The position numbers and the translations under genes were made by a program. The notes under the pieces are model-generated. The model did not search any database. It worked only from the letters and a program-made list of their open reading frames with translations, and had not been told where the DNA came from. DNA of 64,000 bases from Adineta vaga (Eukaryota > Animalia > Rotifera), in assembly GCA_021613535.1 (NCBI GenBank), contig CP075496.1:7936001-8000000 (forward strand), given 5' to 3'. This document shows positions 25,961-39,525 of the stretch, one piece after another. Numbering within the stretch: the stretch's first letter is position 1; each line of letters opens with the position of its first letter.

Positions 25961-26593
25961 TATATATGTGAAATAATGATAGAAAAAAAACACAAAATTA
26001 ATCAGATACGTTCAATTGATTAAACATTTCATCAAGCGCCAATCAAATATATTGAAAATAAAGAAACCATCAATCATTTCTCAGGAGAAACGTCGGTGTT
26101 TATCGATGTACCTCTACTATCAAACTGCAGAAGTCATAACAACCTAATCTGAGTATAACGATACCATTTTTTGTTTAACAATTCTCTCATTATATTTAAA
26201 TACCAGAATTTCGAACTTGAACTCTCATTATGATATTGGAACGATCATGAACATACATTTATATAATTGTTACAAATCCAAATGTATTTATATAAATTTA
26301 TTATTTTTTCGATTGTCCTATTGAATTGAATGAAGCAAACAAGAAATATATCATCACACACATGAAAAAAGAAACCCGACATCGCATTTCTGCACACCCA
26401 GACATAAACAGAATTCACTAGTAGATCGAAAACAAACAAAATAACAAAAGAAAGAAAATATGAATTGTTACATAGAAAAAAAACCCGACCAACGAAATGA
26501 ATAGATACCTAACAAAAGATTTACAAGAAACAAAAAATAGCTTTATTTTTCAAGAATAAATAAAGATTTGCCAAGTCTCCTGTCGAAAAATAT

Positions 26594-29500
26594 TTAAATA
26601 CGTGTATTATCACTGCTCAAAACTAATCTTTTATTTATAACATCAAAACAGTCTGTTATTGTTTCCTGTATTAATTGATCGAATATATGTTCGGCGACAT
26701 CAAATTTAATTCGTATACAATCATTTTCATAATCAATCCAATCGATTTCTGTTCGACGCAATTCTTCATCAAGAACAATTTCAAATTGTTCATGTCCATG
26801 ACGTCGATCTAATGGCATACGCCATTTCGAATATGTTATTTGGCGAGGAGTTAAATTTAAGATTTCTAAAACTTTCTTTCGAATAAAACTTTCGGCTTCA
26901 TGACGAGTTTTAGGTGGATTGAATCGATAGAAACGTTTCGAAACTAATTTTGTCTTTTGCCATTCAGGATATTGTGGTAATCGAATATTTGGCGAATACA
27001 TTTCATTTAATAGTTCAACACACAGATCGAAGATCATTTGACAATAAGCATGACGACTTTGATAGATATTTTCATTTTCAGAATCGATATTTTCATTACC
27101 TGATTGATTAATGTTGTAATAGGATTCAGGTACTCTTCGATTAATATTTGATTTATCTGAAAAATCTGTATTCTGATTGTAGAGTATGGTAAGAGCTTCA
27201 TGACATAAATGAGTCACTTCTTCACGTGTATGTGGAACAACTGGCTTAATAGGTTCTTCAACAACTACTCTTGGCGAAGGACCCGTTGATAATTCATCAG
27301 CTAAAAGAACAATATATGTATTATTGATCTGAAAACATGTGATTGAATGCTTATCAAACAACAGTGAAATAATCAATTGAAGATTTGTCAATTTCTCAAA
27401 TCTATGTTTCGACATTATATTCGATGATATCAATTAATCGATTTAAGTGATTTTTTGGTTGTACTCATTAGTATCAATAGACTTTCACTTGAAGAACAAA
27501 AATATTAAATTCTCTTTTAGAAAGAAGATCTATAATATATCTGCAACCTCTTCGAATGGTATCTATACGATGAAAATTGGTTCTAAATTTGATTGGTTTG
27601 TCTATACTAATTTCTGAACTCTCTCTCTTTCTCTTCCTTCTAAAAGTTATGATTATTTTCATAGTAATATTCTGAATCCATAAAATAATCGAAGAAATGT
27701 CTTATGCGTACCGTTTCTATCTTCAAGCCGAGTAAGATCAATATTAAGATCCTCCTAAAAATAGACATTTGTTTTTAAAGTTTTCATCGAAAATCATGTT
27801 TTTCTATACTTGTTCATTATTTCCATTAGCAGCTGCATCGAGTTGTTCAAGAAATTCCTGTTGTATTGCTAATATTTGTATGACATTACTTAAAATAAAA
27901 CGATATAATAATTGTTTTTAAAGTAATAATTATATTTTCTTACTCATCATCATCATCTTGATGATTATCAATTTCTTTGTTATGTTCTTCATCAGAGATA
28001 TCTTCATCTGATACACCACCAGTTTCTTCTTTGATGGGAGAATCTTGACTTTTTCTATAAACAATTTCTTTTCCTTGGCTAATTGCTTCATCAATGAAAT
28101 TTTTAATCAATGTTTCAGTCAATTGATCTACTTGAGTAGGTGGTTTGATCTGTTGATGTTGTCCATCTTCTGATTCAATCTTTTGTAAACGTGACGATGA
28201 AGAAATTAGTTCATCATCTTGTCTTGGTGTTGTATTTGCAGATTTCTTCACAAGAACAAGTATTTCTGACTGTTCATCATCCGTAGATTTCGATGTTGAA
28301 CTGTGGTTTTCATCATGATGTGCATGTTGATCTTTAATATCTTCTTGAATGGATTCAATATCAATATCTTCAATTTTAATTTTCGTTGAAGTGTCAGTTT
28401 GAGAATGAATCGATTCTGAGAAATCTTCATCATAATCATTATTGTTTGATTGACTTCGTACAATGGTTGAAGGTGGAATTTGTTCTTTTATTGATGATGT
28501 AGATTTGCTATCGTCTTGTATTGGTGGAGAAGGAGACTTAATCGATTCAGATCTTGAAGATAAAGAAGATAGTGATTTCTTTATTGGAATTTGTTCAGAT
28601 ATTGATGTTGAAGGTGTTGTAACATATTCGTGTACGGATGAAGTCGTAGTTTGAATTTGTTCAAATGGCAATGGTGATTTCACACGTTTATCTATTGATG
28701 TAGAACTTGACTCCGAAACTGATGGCTGTGGCGAAGGAGATTTGACATGTTTATCTATTGATGTAGAATTTGACTCCGAAACTGATGGCTGTGGTGAAGG
28801 AGATTTCACATGTTCTTGTCTAGATTCAAGAATTGATGGTGGAGCTGGTGGTGAAGGAGACTTGGCATGCGAATGTATTGGTGGCGTAGTTGACTTGATT
28901 GGTTGAAATGTCGCTGGAGGCGGAGATGGTGATTCGATACGTTCATGTGCTGATGAATAACTTGGTGAACTTGTTTCAGATCGTGCTGATGGCGAAGGCG
29001 ATTTAATGCGATTTTGTGATGATAAAGAAATAGATTTTACAGCTTCGGATTTTAACGGTGGTATGGGTGATTTAATACGTTCTTGATTTGATAAAGATGA
29101 TGATTTACTTTTTTCCGAAGGTACTGGTGATGAAGATGAAGAAACTTGTGGTGATTGAGATTTAACAGGCTTTTTACTGGTTGTTGAAGACACCGATGAT
29201 GATGATGATGATGATGAAGAAGAAGATGGTACGAAATCTTCTCATCTTTAGCCGATAATGGAAGATTCGTATTTACATCTTCAAATAGTCTAAATAGAAA
29301 TCAATGGTAATATTTGTTTGTTATCATATATTTCAAATCCGTATTCTCATCGACAAACCATCTTGAATACAGATGATCATTTTTAGTGAGAAATACATGT
29401 AAAAAAGAGTATAGTCAAATTCATTTTGCTTTTTATTTCGCCATGTATATATCATCGTTCACGATGTCGAAGTAATCTTCAATAGTTTGAAAATTCCTAA

Positions 29501-32500
29501 GAATTGTTCATGTTTTATTTTCAAATTTGCTATCAATTTTTCTTATTTCAATACAGTAATCAGTTATTAATTCATTAGTATAGTTGAATTTAATAAAGCT
29601 ATCATAAGATATCTCTGAAAATGCGCCTTTTTAATGATTAATTATTTATGTCAATAGTCTTAAGTGCTAAGATGCAATGAACAGTATTTTTCTTAATATA
29701 GATACGACTATTTATGAGAAACAATGATTTCAAGGGCTTGAAAAAAAATTCTGACGAAGTCATTCATATTTATCGCAAAGTCATGTAAAAATAGAACCAA
29801 ATAAAGTATTCAAAGTCTTCAATTTACCATCTGATAGAAAATGATTTTTATTTAATGAAAACTTACTTGTCATGGTCGATACTGGATCGTCGACTATCGT
29901 TATCATATTTTGTTTCATTTGCTAAATCATTCGCATTTGATATCGATAAAGCATCATGTTGAGTATCTCGTTCATCACGTGGTGTTTCTAACGTTCCTAG
30001 GTCGATTTCTTTCTCTTCATCATCACGATGTTGAGTAATCTGTTTTTCTACAGATTTATTTTTTTCTTTTGACAAATTAACTGATGAGGAAGATGAAGAT
30101 GGAACAGGTACTGTTTGTTCTTGTTGAATTGGTTGTAAACGTAATGTTTGAATTTCATGATCATAAGACTAAAAGATATTCAAATTCAATTCATGAATGA
30201 TCTTGTTGTCGCAATGAAAATGTTTTACTTCGATTTGTTTTTTCAATTCATCTTCTTGTCGTCGAAGGATTTCCTTATTTTTACGTTGTTTTAATCGTTC
30301 AAGTTCGAGTTTTTTAGCTTTCAATTGCTCACGATATGCACGTACACGACATTCTAAATCACTAGCATCAGATGTAACAATATCTAAAATAAAAGAAGGT
30401 TTTTTTTTGTTCTGATAAATAAAATAAAATAATATACCTGATTGTTTCTTTTGAATTGAAATAGATGATGTATCACCGTCTTTTTTTAGTCTAACAAATA
30501 GATATAAGAAACAAAGAAAAACAAAATTTATAGGAAATTTACAATTCTGTATCTCTTCGATGAAGTGAATTTTCATCACTAATGCTTGAATTATCTTGTG
30601 AATGATTTGACGATTTCGATCGAACTTCTCTTTGGTTGAACGACCAGTTCCTGATGGACTTGCTGTAGTTCGATTTTCATCAAAGATTTCAAATGCTAAA
30701 CAAAGAAAACAAGCATTGTATAATCCTTTCAACTTGATGTTAAAAATAAAACATTTGTGACGCATTGTGGTCCTTTCCGGTTTAAGAACAAAGCTCAAAT
30801 CAATTATCAAATTAATAATATGTAGATAAGAACGGAAGAGTAGTATCCGTTTTATTCGTAATTAAAACCTCGTCTATCAATGTACTTCCCTATTAGATAC
30901 TCTGGAAATAATTTTAAAACGGATCATTAAAATGCTTTGTGTGTAGGGATGTAGTGAATCAAGTGTTTTTTTTTCGCTCGTATCGTATTCTATATATATA
31001 TCTATATATCTGGAGGGTTATCATTATTGACAAGTCTTTGAATTTTTTTTCTGTTCAATACAATAGATATTTGATGTATTGATCATATATTTCAATAGTT
31101 CTAGTCAAAAAGTCATTCCTGCGATTATAAATGACATTCTAACAGTTTGCTCAAAAGTATATCTATAAATATCTTGATGATTTTTTGGAGATCAATGAAT
31201 ACATGAAGCTACGAAGAACGAACTCGTTTTTTAATTATATCAAAGTTGTTCAAGTAGACAGTTTGTAATTATAAGCATTGTCAATTTTATTTTGACACAT
31301 TTACATATCATCTAATGGATTAATCTATTTGAAATTATCATCTCAAATGCCGCCGCTCAGTGAAAAGTGTGAAATAACACCTTATAGTGAAGATCACAAT
31401 AATCTGAGAACAGAAATGTCATGTCGAGAGAACAAAATGAAGGATATATGTTAATGAGAGTTTCTAATAGTGAAAATCTATTCATTCAAATTCTATCATT
31501 GAGCATTTGGATAATAAAATAATCTATTTCGTACCCAACATTCGATAATCAAAAAGTCGTCGATATACTAACGAGAGAGAAGACAGGATGAGATAGTTCT
31601 TTGGAAATACTATTACTGTGTTTTCAGATACTTTTTCTGATTCCATTGTTTTAGGTCTACTTCTTCAACCAAAGAATCCCTTTCTATGCTCGATTACTTT
31701 CATTTCGATAAATATCATGAATGTGCGATTAAAGTATTTAATTTCTGCTCAAGAATGAAACGGAAAGTAACATTGTGACTTTTATATGGTTATAAAATAT
31801 TAATTAATATTCTCTCAAAAGAGAATCAACTTACCTCTTTTAACAAGTTGACGAATTTTTTTTTCGATATCTTTGAGACGCTTTTCATATGCTTGTAATT
31901 CAATATCACTGTTAAATTTTTGTCGAACACGTTTTTCGCGCGCTGTTAAGATTCTAAAAGAAACAAGAAACGTTTTCATTTTTTTTATTAACAGTATCAT
32001 TTTTGTTATATGTCAATGATTAAACTATACTATTTATCAAAATTCTTCAGGGATTCCTCTATCATATTATCAGATGCACAGTTTCTTTCTCTGTTTCTCT
32101 TTCTCTGTTTCTCCTCTTTAGCAATCATTAGTTTTCCACCTACATATTTTCTCTTCTCTTCTCATTCTCCATTGCCACTTTTATATAAAGGGAAATTCTA
32201 AAATACTAAGCTCATTCAAACAACTCACTGAACAATACACAACTATGGTTCAATTTCAACGTCACAATACTGTCATACTTCTTATTTGTTACATGTCCTT
32301 ATGTTTGATAGTACATGGTGGTGTAATCCCTCATCATGCAAATTACTACGAGGAAGATATGTCGATTCCTATGGATTTCAATGGTCTATCATCTACCGAT
32401 TATGATAATAGTAATCATATGAATAGACGTAGCGATATTTTATTGCCATATCCAACTTCAAAGTTTTATGACGATGCATTTTTTCGGCAAATGGTTAATC

Positions 32501-35500
32501 ATCATAGAAATGACAAACGATCCAAATTGAACCTTCATACGAATCTTAATCTACCACGATACCTACGCTCTATTGATTGATTGTATACTTAAAAGAAATA
32601 CTTAAATAAAAGAAAAAAAAGAAGATTATACCATTCAATTACATTACGTTTTTATTTTACTAACTGGTTTAAAATTTGCTCATCAATATCACGCTTTTTC
32701 TTTCATATTATCTCTACTTTTGTTTCCATTCATGTTTACATGAAATAGAGTGATCAATTCAAATTGTATTCATCAAGCGAAATATAAAATAAAAATTATC
32801 TTATTCATGAAAATCTTTGTTCTTCTCTTAAGATCATCTCAAATTCAGAAATAAAATGAATCCTTCATTCTTTTGATTGATAAACAAATCATATAGGAAA
32901 ACTTCTGTATAAGAATAAATTATTCTTACGATTCTGATGATGATGTTGGAGGACTTGAAGTTTGTGTAGGTCGATGACGAGAATGTGTATTTATTGTTGG
33001 TTGTGATTGAGGTGATGGAGAACGACGTTTTCGATTTGTAGATGTTGTTGATGATGATGATGATGATGATGCTTGATGAATAGGAGATCTTTACATATCA
33101 GAATAATGGATAACTATGGGTGAGAGAAAAAAGACATACTTTCGTGTTTGCTGGTGTGTTGATGTATTAGCATGAAGATTCTATATTGTAAATAAAAAGT
33201 TAAAGAATAATGGAAAGAAAAAGAGTGAAATATTGTTTACTGTTTGAAGGCGTGCTACTGATTCTGTTGGTTCTTGATTTATTTGAGTTATATGTTGAGC
33301 AGTTGTTAGCGTTGAATGATGAAGTGGACGACCATTATCCGGAGACATCTGTGGTGGTAATGGAGGTGATAAGGAACGACGACGATCAGTTTGAGTTGGT
33401 ACGCGAGGTTCTGGTGATGGTATAGGCGTTGTTGATGATAAAGAATTTCGAATATGATTAATTGGTGTAAATAAATTGGATGTAACTGTATTTGGAATAT
33501 TATCATATTCATCAGAATACAATGGTACTGTTGATAGTTTCTTTATTGATTGTTGTTGTTGTTGTTGTTGATCAATTATTACCGGGCCTAAATCAAATGA
33601 AACCGTAGAGGTGTATGATGAAATGTATTTGTTTTTTTTAATCATGTAGAAAAGAAATCATGAGAAAATTCTAATCATACTTTCAGGATATCGTAGAAGA
33701 GTTGAATCGAGGGGAAAATGATGATTTGTTAAGCGAATATTGATATTGATTGATGTACTTTCACCATAGTGGTTCGGCTAGAAATAACATTTGATTTGAA
33801 ACAGTTAGTTAACATATAAGTTTATTTTACTCGTTGATTATATTCATCAGTAGAATGCTCATGTTTTTCATTCAACCACGGTAAAGATTTTCTTACTGAA
33901 TAGCCTCGATATGCTGCTTGGATTTTAGCAGCAGCTTGATCACGATAAACACGTCGTTCTAATAATACATCACTGGATATTTGTTGAGATGGATAATCAG
34001 TTAAACGATTTGAATTTGTACCGCGAGATAAACGTGATATAGTCGAAGATTTAATCGTTTCAGGATAATTGTTTGTTTCATAATATGATGTATGATAACG
34101 TATATTTCCATCATCTTGTCGAAGATATTCATATGAACTAGACGTGACATCGAATGGTTGGGTAGCATCTAAAAAAATATCAATAGATTTATTATAGTAT
34201 ATGTGAATAAAATAAAAAATTTGGTTGACGATTAAATGTAATTTTGTTATGAACTCACAAAAGAAAGAATTCTGTATTTTACTGATCGATTTCAGATGAA
34301 TATCATTAGTAGATTGCTTTTTCAATGGTTGAAAAGGTGAAAAAATTACTAATATTCTTTAGGATAGCAAAGATTAATAACTAATATAATTAGAAAGTAC
34401 TAATTTAGTTTTTTAATACATTTTCATTCGTCAGCTTTGACATGTACTCATAAACGTAAAAATCTTAGTGTGAACTTCCTTGTAAATTGATAGCTTTTCA
34501 GTCCCTTTGTCTTTTTTGTTACTCACCTGGTCGAAAATGTTTGAATCGATTTTCTACGATATCACAATCTCTTGTTAAATCAACAGCCCAACGAAGTAAA
34601 TTTTCATGTCGTGGTACATTATTACTGATTACACCTATATAAGTAGAAAAAAAAAGTTGAAAATTGAGCATTTGATCCTATTCATCGTTTACCATTCTGA
34701 ACAGGTGGTTCCGAACGAGATCGGAGAGATAATTGATCATTTCTATATCATAAATATTTAGAAATTTTCTGTTTTTTTTATAAAGTATTGATAACATACG
34801 ATTTTACTCGTTGAACTTCAATTACTGAATCATTCGAAGAAGATAATGTTGACGACGAAGACGTTGATGACGATGAAGATGAACGTTCCAGATAAGATTG
34901 ATGATCTAATGCACTGTTTGTGTAATAATCTGTGGATGGTCCAAGAACGCGAAGTAATCGTTGACGTGTTTGTTCAGTTAATTCTTTTGGAGTAAAAGAT
35001 GTAAATGCTGATGATCGTTTAGGTACCGATGATGGTAGATGTTGATGAGAAGTTTCTCTCAATTGTTCATTTAATTTTTTTAATTTATCTCTTCGACTTC
35101 GTTCCTGGTCATCTTTGTAACGTTTTTCATTGGAATAAAGTTCTTCATGTTGACGTTTTTGTTGAATATATTCTTGAAGTTTCTTCTTATCATCATCGGA
35201 CTTAGCTACAAAAAATCAAGACTTCAGATATAAGATTAAAAACGTAAAGAAATAGATTTACGTTTAGATGGTGCTGGTTTCAAAGGTGTTTTTTCTATAG
35301 TAATAATAGATGGTTTCGAAGCACCTAAAAACAAAGAATATGTATTCTTTGTTGACTTAAACAGTGCGAAAAATTCTTATGAGATCAAATACAAACTTGT
35401 ATCTCGTTTTGATTTGACAATTATTTCTGTTCGTAAATTATTGCTATTGTTATGAACAAATACTTCTTCGCTAATATCTGTTTTTGTTCGTTTACTAATC

Positions 35501-37213
35501 ATTTCATTCGCTGTTTTTTTCTTTGATTGTTTTTCTTGTTGAGCAATAGATGAAGATTTCTTAACTACAACTGGATCTGTTCGCCAAGAATCAGGTGTAA
35601 ATAAATCTAAAGATTATTTTTCGAAATTATTTTCAACGAAAGAGATGAAAACTGATCTTACTCGTTTTAATTCCTGAGTTTGATGAAACATGAGCAGATT
35701 CGACGCGACGAACATGTTTCGATCGTTGATTATCATTTGATGTTAAGAAATGACTTGAAGGAAAATCTGGATCTAATTCAAATGAGTACATATACAAAAA
35801 GTTAACAGTATTTATAAAAGCTTACATTTTGTTGTCATACTATTCGAAGCACTTGCACTTCTCTGTTGAGTTGATCGACCATTTGACAATGAATAACTCT
35901 CTTCTATAGATATAGAAAAACAGATTTATATGAAAAAAACGAATTCGATTGTATTTACTTGGTATAATTCGAGTTGCTTTACGTGTTGTTGTTGTTGTTG
36001 TTGCTGATTGATGATATGATGACCGTTCAAAATCATTCGTACGTACGAGATCATTTTCTCGATGTAAAGTTCTTGCATTCGTAGATGGTTGAAGAACTGC
36101 ATCGAGTTCCGATGGAAATGATTGAGATTGTGAAAGATGTGACGAATATGCAAGTGATGGTTGTGGTTTAGGAGGAGAAAAGCGTTGTTGACGATGAGGA
36201 GAATAATGAAGATTTTGCAGACTAGCTGAAGTAGAATATCCATTTTGAGAACGATAGGATTCAAACATATGACCAGCATCAGATTGGGAATGAAATATTT
36301 GTTCAGCGCGACGTTCTAAAAGAGAAAAATAGATGATTTAGCATAATCGCATCCTTTTGTTTATTTAGTTACAAGTACGACTTATTTGACTCACATGTAT
36401 TATATAAAGAATAAAATTTCATTATTGAAGAGAAATTCAAGAAGTACATCTAGTCGACCTTGATATATGTACTTAGAAATGAAGTATTTATTTAAAATCG
36501 GATTACAAAGGTAATGTAAATGATATTTATGAAATTGGATTGATATATCCTTATATCTCTATCAACGATAGCTAAGATAAATATCAAGACAATTATGAAT
36601 CGTGGGACTAATCTCATGTTTTATGAGATATTTCTTCGAACAATGTGAATGAACACATAGAGTTCCATAGATTTTTCTGATATCAATCAAATCTTATGGT
36701 TAAAATTTATAATCTTTCGTACAATTCACACTTAAATCTTTCAACCGGATAAAGTATCATAGAACTGTAAGATGTCATAAATCTTTAACTTCCACTAATC
36801 ATCTTATCCAAAGGAAAATTTTTATATCGCTTAAAATGTATTATTTTTTCGATGTTACCTGCTGCAATTTTCTGTTTACTAATTTTTCTTCGAATTGTTA
36901 ATAAAGCTTCGGAATCCAATAACTGATGTTTACCATTCACTGTTCTTTCGTCATTCAACATTGATCGATTTCCTGCATGTATTGTTGATATTTCATTATG
37001 AAGTAAATATGATGATGATGATAAATTCGACAGATCATTATTATTATTATTGTTATTACTCTCATGATGATTATTTAAATGAACATGTGGATAATAATCT
37101 CGTGTTTCTTTTAAACGTTGTTCAGTTTGTCGAAGTAATTTTTTTGCATCATAATAAGTTTTCCAACTTGGTTCAATATGTGCATGAGCATTTGAAGATG
37201 ACATTGGTAACAT
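26594..37213 (-). CDS. CEP350: Centrosome-associated protein 350 homolog, many exons, apparent 1-nt frameshift at about 29243
   Basis: SDLECRVRAYREQLKAKK...LRRQEDELKKQIEVYDHEI coiled coil; C-terminal DUF4378-like VLDEELRRTEIDWIDYENDCIRIKFDVAEHIFDQLIQETI; IQ-like AAAKIQAAYRGYSVRK; Ser/Pro-rich linkers. Confidence 0.75.
28686..28813. repeat. Near-perfect 63-bp tandem duplication inside the CEP350 KSP-rich exon
   Basis: Encodes HVKSPSPQPSVSES(N/S)STSIDK twice; embedded in degenerate KSP/ESP repeats. Confidence 0.85.
32245..32580 (+). CDS. Putative neuropeptide/prohormone precursor nested antisense in a CEP350 intron
   Basis: Intronless 111-aa ORF with signal peptide (VILLICYMSLCLIVHG), dibasic sites RR and KR, TATATAAA at about 32182 and AATAAA at about 32605. 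Confidence 0.65.
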   Translation: MVQFQRHNTVILLICYMSLCLIVHGGVIPHHANYYEEDMSIPMDFNGLSSTDYDNSNHMNRRSDILLPYPTSKFYDDAFFRQMVNHHRNDKRSKLNLHTNLNLPRYLRSID

Positions 37214-38191
37214 ATTTCTACGTAGAAGACAAAATAAAACCAAGGTCAGGAGATTTATTTACAATGTATTCTTATGATCTGAAGTAATTCAAATCGAAAA
37301 AGAACCTTAAAAAAACAATTATTCGTCGACAATTTTTCATTCTTTTGTCCTACAGACGTTCTTTGTTCGTTCAAGCCAATCATTCATCGATAATATACCA
37401 TCAAGCCTGTCGATACTAAGCAATAAACTCCAATCATTTGGAAAATTATTTAGAATAAACATTGATTTTTCATAATCAGATTACATCAGATCATCGAGGA
37501 AATAAAGTTCTATCGCGATTATTATAAAGATTCAAAACGATGATTAGATGGCGCTAGTCAGATACCAAAAAAAAACATTCAGGCATGTTTTAACATTTGT
37601 TTCTTTTTATTGTTAAGATAAACATAATCTACATAAGAAATTGTGTTGATTTCACGCGACAAGTTCTTAAAACGTTCTTTTCCTCATGTACTTGTCTGAT
37701 GAGATAAGATTTTTTCGTTGAAGTGACATGAAACATGTTGAAGATGAAAGTAACAACAATTTTCTTGCGTTTTACATAAAAGCAATTCGACGATAAATAA
37801 AACTCTTGTCTAAAATTGGCTTCTTTTATGCTAGACAAGGGAGTGTCTTACATCTTAACAAAAAATACAGAAGAATTCATTGTTGTTGTTCCAATCTGAC
37901 AGTATGTGAGCGATACGTGTAAAATAAACACCAGAGCAATTGAATTTGTCGGTATTGAAATGTTTGTATTTACTCGCTGTAGGGATTCTGAATGTTTCTT
38001 TAATATCGTTCTAATTTTAATGAATCATTCTGAAGAGAGAACGTATTCAAAAGTTAAATCACAAGGCTGGTGATCATTTCGTTGAATTTTAATAATAGAA
38101 AACGAGGAAAATCATTTACAGACATCAATAAACATTTTATTCATGAGATGAAATGTTACGATTTATCTCATATTTATATTCTTTATAATTC

Positions 38192-38196
38192 GCCGG

Positions 38197-38253
<57 letters not shown>

Positions 38254-38264
38254 GGGTCACGGCA
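38192..38264 (+). tRNA. tRNA-Phe(GAA)
   Basis: GCCGGGATAGCTCAGTTGGGAGAGCGTCAGACTGAAGATCTGAAGGTCCCTGGTTCGATCCCGGGTCACGGCA; A and B boxes, anticodon GAA, downstream T-runs as Pol III terminator. Confidence 0.95.
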
Positions 38265-38819
38265 CTTTTCTTTTTCTTTCTTTGCAAAACTCAGTATGAC
38301 TCACTCTTACCAATCCCTTCTTCTTCTTCTTTTTTATTTTTGAAACCTTCCACTATTACATATTGATTTTCAAACATCAAATTTTATATCCAGAGATTAG
38401 AATGATCCTGTTATTGAATGTGCGTCGTCACTAAATAATCTTGTTTTTTTTCAAAAATAACTAACTATATTCATTCTTTCAATTCAAAGTACCACTTAAA
38501 TCCTTTTTTTCTCTCTCTATACACACTGTGAGAACACCTGTATATAGTTATTGTAAATTCAATAGAGCACGTAGAACTGGATTTTATTCCCTGTGGATAT
38601 TATTTACTCAGAAGAAAGAAGAAAAAAAGAGAGATTTGATTAGCAAAAGTATTTTACATTTTCCACTTATTGCTTCGATTCTTTAGTCTTCTTATTGATG
38701 ACATATACGCAAAAGTGAATACAGAAAAAAGACAAATAGAGAGAATAATTCGGTGAAACAAATGAAAAAATGGTGTTTACAATGAATTTTTCGCAACACG
38801 ATCGATACATTCGCTACCA

Positions 38820-39525
38820 ATGACAGGTTCGTATTCGTATTTTTCACATTGCTTATGAAAATAAACTCATTCAAGTATCGGTTTTGGTACCAAGTTTTCT
38901 TGAACAACACTAATGAAAAACATCTGTCTCATCGAGAGATATCGACAAACTGAATACATGTACAGATGGATTAAAAAAAAATGAAATGAAATGACATCAT
39001 AACTTTATCAAATTAGTTTGAGTTTTCACTAAAATATATTTATTATTCCGATTTGTCTAGGTCGATTGAGTTGTGATCTGTGTGTAGAAGGGCATGGTAT
39101 CTGCATAAAGAATAATACAGAATGTCAATGTTTTGCTGGATATGGTGGACCATCATGTTTAGGTATTGACTTAAAACTTGTTTAGTCAAATCTATTAACT
39201 TTATAATGGTTTTCTTGTTTGATTAGATCGAATTATAATCGCTTCTTCTGATGGTGGCAGTTCTTCGACAGTAAATATTGGTGCTATTGTCGCCGGTATC
39301 CTTGCAGGTGTCTTGGTAACACTTGTTATCGGTCTAGTATTGTTTTGTCTTCGGAAAAGAAAGAGAGATAAAAGAAAAGCAGCAACAACATTTTCATTAT
39401 CAACACCGACAGACCCTAAACCTATGCCTGTATCTACTTTATACAATTTCCCTATATCACAATACGATTCTTCGATTTCCTCAACATCGACAATGGCTTA
39501 TCATTTATACGAAGAATTACCGTAA
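38820..39525 (+). CDS. Small single-pass membrane protein with one EGF-like domain (5' end uncertain)
   Basis: Exon 39061-39162 reads CDLCVEGHGICIKNNTECQCFAGYGGPSC; next exon gives TM IGAIVAGILAGVLVTLVIGLVLFCL, basic stop-transfer RKRKR and C-terminal YHLYEELP. Confidence 0.6.
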
